This document shows positions 62,049 to 64,000 of a stretch of DNA of 64,000 nucleotides, in pieces. The DNA is from an uncultured Methylomirabilota bacterium (GTDB lineage Bacteria > Methylomirabilota > Methylomirabilia > Methylomirabilales > 2-02-FULL-66-22): positions 64,001 through 128,000 of the forward strand of contig OY970067.1 in the NCBI GenBank assembly GCA_963705305.1. Direction: 5' to 3'. Below the pieces are notes generated by a model. The model saw only the letters and a list, made by a program, of their open reading frames with translations. It had not been told where the DNA came from and ran no database searches. The stretch's first letter is position 1. The number at the start of each line of letters is the position of its first letter. Both the position numbers and the translations under genes were made by a program.

Positions 62049-62233
62049 GCGATCGTCCTTGATTTTAATGGGGTTGCGCTCGGAGCCTCGCGGCCGCGGC
62101 TGCCCCCGCCGGGCGATTGTGGGGAGCATGAGACCACGCGGGCAGATCGGGCTGCAGCACGATTCTTTATGAAACGGCTGGCATACGGTCTCTTGCCTTC
62201 CCCGAATAACCGACAGAGAGGAGCGGACACACC

Positions 62234-63364
62234 ATGGCAACCTTCAACCTACTCCCCGAAGACAAATGTCGTTGGGACGGCGTCGCGCTGGGCGAGGTGA
62301 TGCTTCGTCTGGATCCCATCGATGTGCCTTTCGAGCGGGCGCGTACCTGCCGCATCTGGCACGGCGGAGGAGAGGTCAACGTGGCGGAGGGAATGTCCTA
62401 CGTCTTCCGCCTGCGCACCACCGTGCTGACGGCCCTGGTGGATGACGGCTACGGCCGCAACATCGAGTGCCAGTTCAAGGAGACCGGTGTCGACGCCGGC
62501 CACATCATCTGGTTCAGCAACAGCGGAAAGGGAAAGTACGCCACCGACAAGAAGGGAAGCCTCATGAACGGCATCAACGCGACCTTCCGCGGCAAGGGCG
62601 TGATCCCCTCCAAGACGGAGTACTACCGCGCCCACACCCCCATCCGCGAAGTGGGCGCGCCGGATTTCAACCTGGACCGCCTGTTCGGCGAGGAGAAGGT
62701 GCGCTGGGCCCACACCGGCGGGATCTATTCGCTGCTTTCCCCCAAGACCGCGGAGGCGGCGGTGGAGTATTTGAAGACGGCCGGCCGGTACGGGACCCTG
62801 CGGTCCACCGACCTGAACTACCGGGCCAACGTCGAGCCCAACAAGGAGCGCGCCCGGGAAATCAACCGCCGCATCGTTCCCAACGTGGAGTTCCTGGTCG
62901 GCAATCAGAGCGACTTTGACGATGCCCTCGGCTACACCGTGGATGTCCCCAGCAACGCCGGCATGGAGCAGTTCCTAGAATGCTACGTGACGCTGCTGCG
63001 GAAGGTGGCCAAGGATTTCCCCAATCTCAAGCTGATCGGCACCCAGCTTCGCGGCGCCCACTCGGCGGACCGGATCGACTGGGGGGCGGTTTTGTACGAC
63101 GTCGCCGAGGACAAGCTGTACCAGGCGCCCATCCGCCGCAATGTCGAGATCGCCGACCGGACCGGCGGCGGAGACTCCTTCGCCGCGGGCGTCATCTCCG
63201 CCCTTCTCAAGGGGAAGACCCTCCAGGAGGCGGCGGAATGGGGGGCCGCCCACGGCATCCTGGTGCAAGAGACCCCCGGCGATACCACCATGGCGACCCA
63301 GGCCATGGTGGAGGCCGAGGTGAAGCGCGGTCAGAAGGGCGGCGGTGTCGTCGCCCTGCGGTAG
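62234..63364 (+). CDS. kdgK: 2-keto-3-deoxygluconate kinase-like PfkB sugar kinase
   Basis: LGEVMLRLDP, GGGE.NVA, HTGGI, DLNYR, DR.GGGDSF..G, AAHG....TPGD; upstream of an eda-like gene. Confidence 0.85.
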   Translation: MATFNLLPEDKCRWDGVALGEVMLRLDPIDVPFERARTCRIWHGGGEVNVAEGMSYVFRLRTTVLTALVDDGYGRNIECQFKETGVDAGHIIWFSNSGKGKYATDKKGSLMNGINATFRGKGVIPSKTEYYRAHTPIREVGAPDFNLDRLFGEEKVRWAHTGGIYSLLSPKTAEAAVEYLKTAGRYGTLRSTDLNYRANVEPNKERAREINRRIVPNVEFLVGNQSDFDDALGYTVDVPSNAGMEQFLECYVTLLRKVAKDFPNLKLIGTQLRGAHSADRIDWGAVLYDVAEDKLYQAPIRRNVEIADRTGGGDSFAAGVISALLKGKTLQEAAEWGAAHGILVQETPGDTTMATQAMVEAEVKRGQKGGGVVALR

Positions 63365-63378
63365 GCCTGACCGGAGGG

Positions 63379-63462
63379 AATGCAAAACCGCCAACGAAAA
63401 ACCGACCACCGATCAATGAAGGACTCGACTGGTTGGCAATTGTCGGTTGTCGGTTTTGCATT
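63379..63462. repeat. Palindromic intergenic repeat with ACCGACA/TGTCGGT heptamer arms
   Basis: AATGCAAAACCG...CGGTTTTGCATT perfect 12-bp ends; TTGTCGGTTGTCGG also at 5321-5334. Confidence 0.7.
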
Positions 63463-63529
63463 GACGTGCGTCGGGCCAGACGGCCCTCGGATGATGCAAC
63501 AGGCCACATAGATCAAAGGAGGAGAACAC

Positions 63530-64000
63530 ATGCCTGAATACACCCGGGACCCGAAGCGGGTGGACCGGGCGCTCCGGGAAAAGGGGATCGTCGTCGTCAT
63601 GGGTCGTGACCACGCCCGGAACCCCCAGGATGTCATCAACACCGTGCAGGCCATCTACGAGGCGGGCCTCATCGCAGAGGTCACCTTCCGCATCCCGGAG
63701 GGCATCCTGAAGGAGGCCATGGGCGAGCTGCGCAGGCGGCGGGACGAGAGCCTGAAGACCCGCCCCAACGACCCCATGGTCCTGGGGGTGGGGAGCGTCA
63801 TCAACCCCCGCGAGCTGGAGGCCGCTATCCAGATGGGCTTCGACATGGCGGTCGGTCCCGATTCGGGCATGGGCGGCTGCCGCGAGCCTATCGAGTTCGT
63901 CCGGATGGTGCGCGCGGCCGGCGTCTTCGGTGTGCCGGGCAGCTTCTCGCCCTCCGAGTTCGCTTACTTCCTCGAGCGGGAGGACGGCCTGGAGCCGGAC
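63530..64000 (+). CDS. eda: KDPG/KHG aldolase-like protein, runs off window end
   Basis: Manual translation: ...AG..AEVTFR...LGVGSV....E.AI..G.D..V.P...PG.FSPSE; AAGGAGG SD. Confidence 0.75.
   Translation, partial: MPEYTRDPKRVDRALREKGIVVVMGRDHARNPQDVINTVQAIYEAGLIAEVTFRIPEGILKEAMGELRRRRDESLKTRPNDPMVLGVGSVINPRELEAAIQMGFDMAVGPDSGMGGCREPIEFVRMVRAAGVFGVPGSFSPSEFAYFLEREDGLEPD

Noticed and set aside
62169..62196. TGGCAT...TTGC as a sigma54 promoter
   Set aside because: Spacing between the GG and GC elements is too long for the strict -24/-12 geometry

Overview
GC-rich bacterial chromosomal window, mostly metabolic and transport genes. It holds a coenzyme F420 biosynthesis cluster (cofG, cofH, npdG/fno, cofD and a single-ORF cofC-cofE fusion) and several ABC and TRAP uptake systems. 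Sugar and sugar-acid catabolic genes include idonate dehydrogenase-like, an enolase-superfamily enzyme, uxaE, iolB-like, kdgK, eda, FGGY and PfkB kinases and SDRs. Also present are ligA, a PP2C / dual-FHA / ComB / chlorite-dismutase-family gene run, and a compact convergent putative restriction-modification pair (PD-(D/E)xK-like protein plus HTH-fused N4/N6 methyltransferase). Mobile DNA includes a complete IS1380-family element (18-bp TIRs, 6-bp TSD), a 201-bp MITE with a 9-bp TSD that cleanly interrupts a LysO-family gene, and two dispersed families of intergenic palindromic repeats, some nested. Two small ORFs with strong Shine-Dalgarno sites, one in-frame TGA and a doubly frameshifted dctM were found by eye. 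No rRNA, tRNA or CRISPR array was seen. All family calls come from motif recognition, not database searches.
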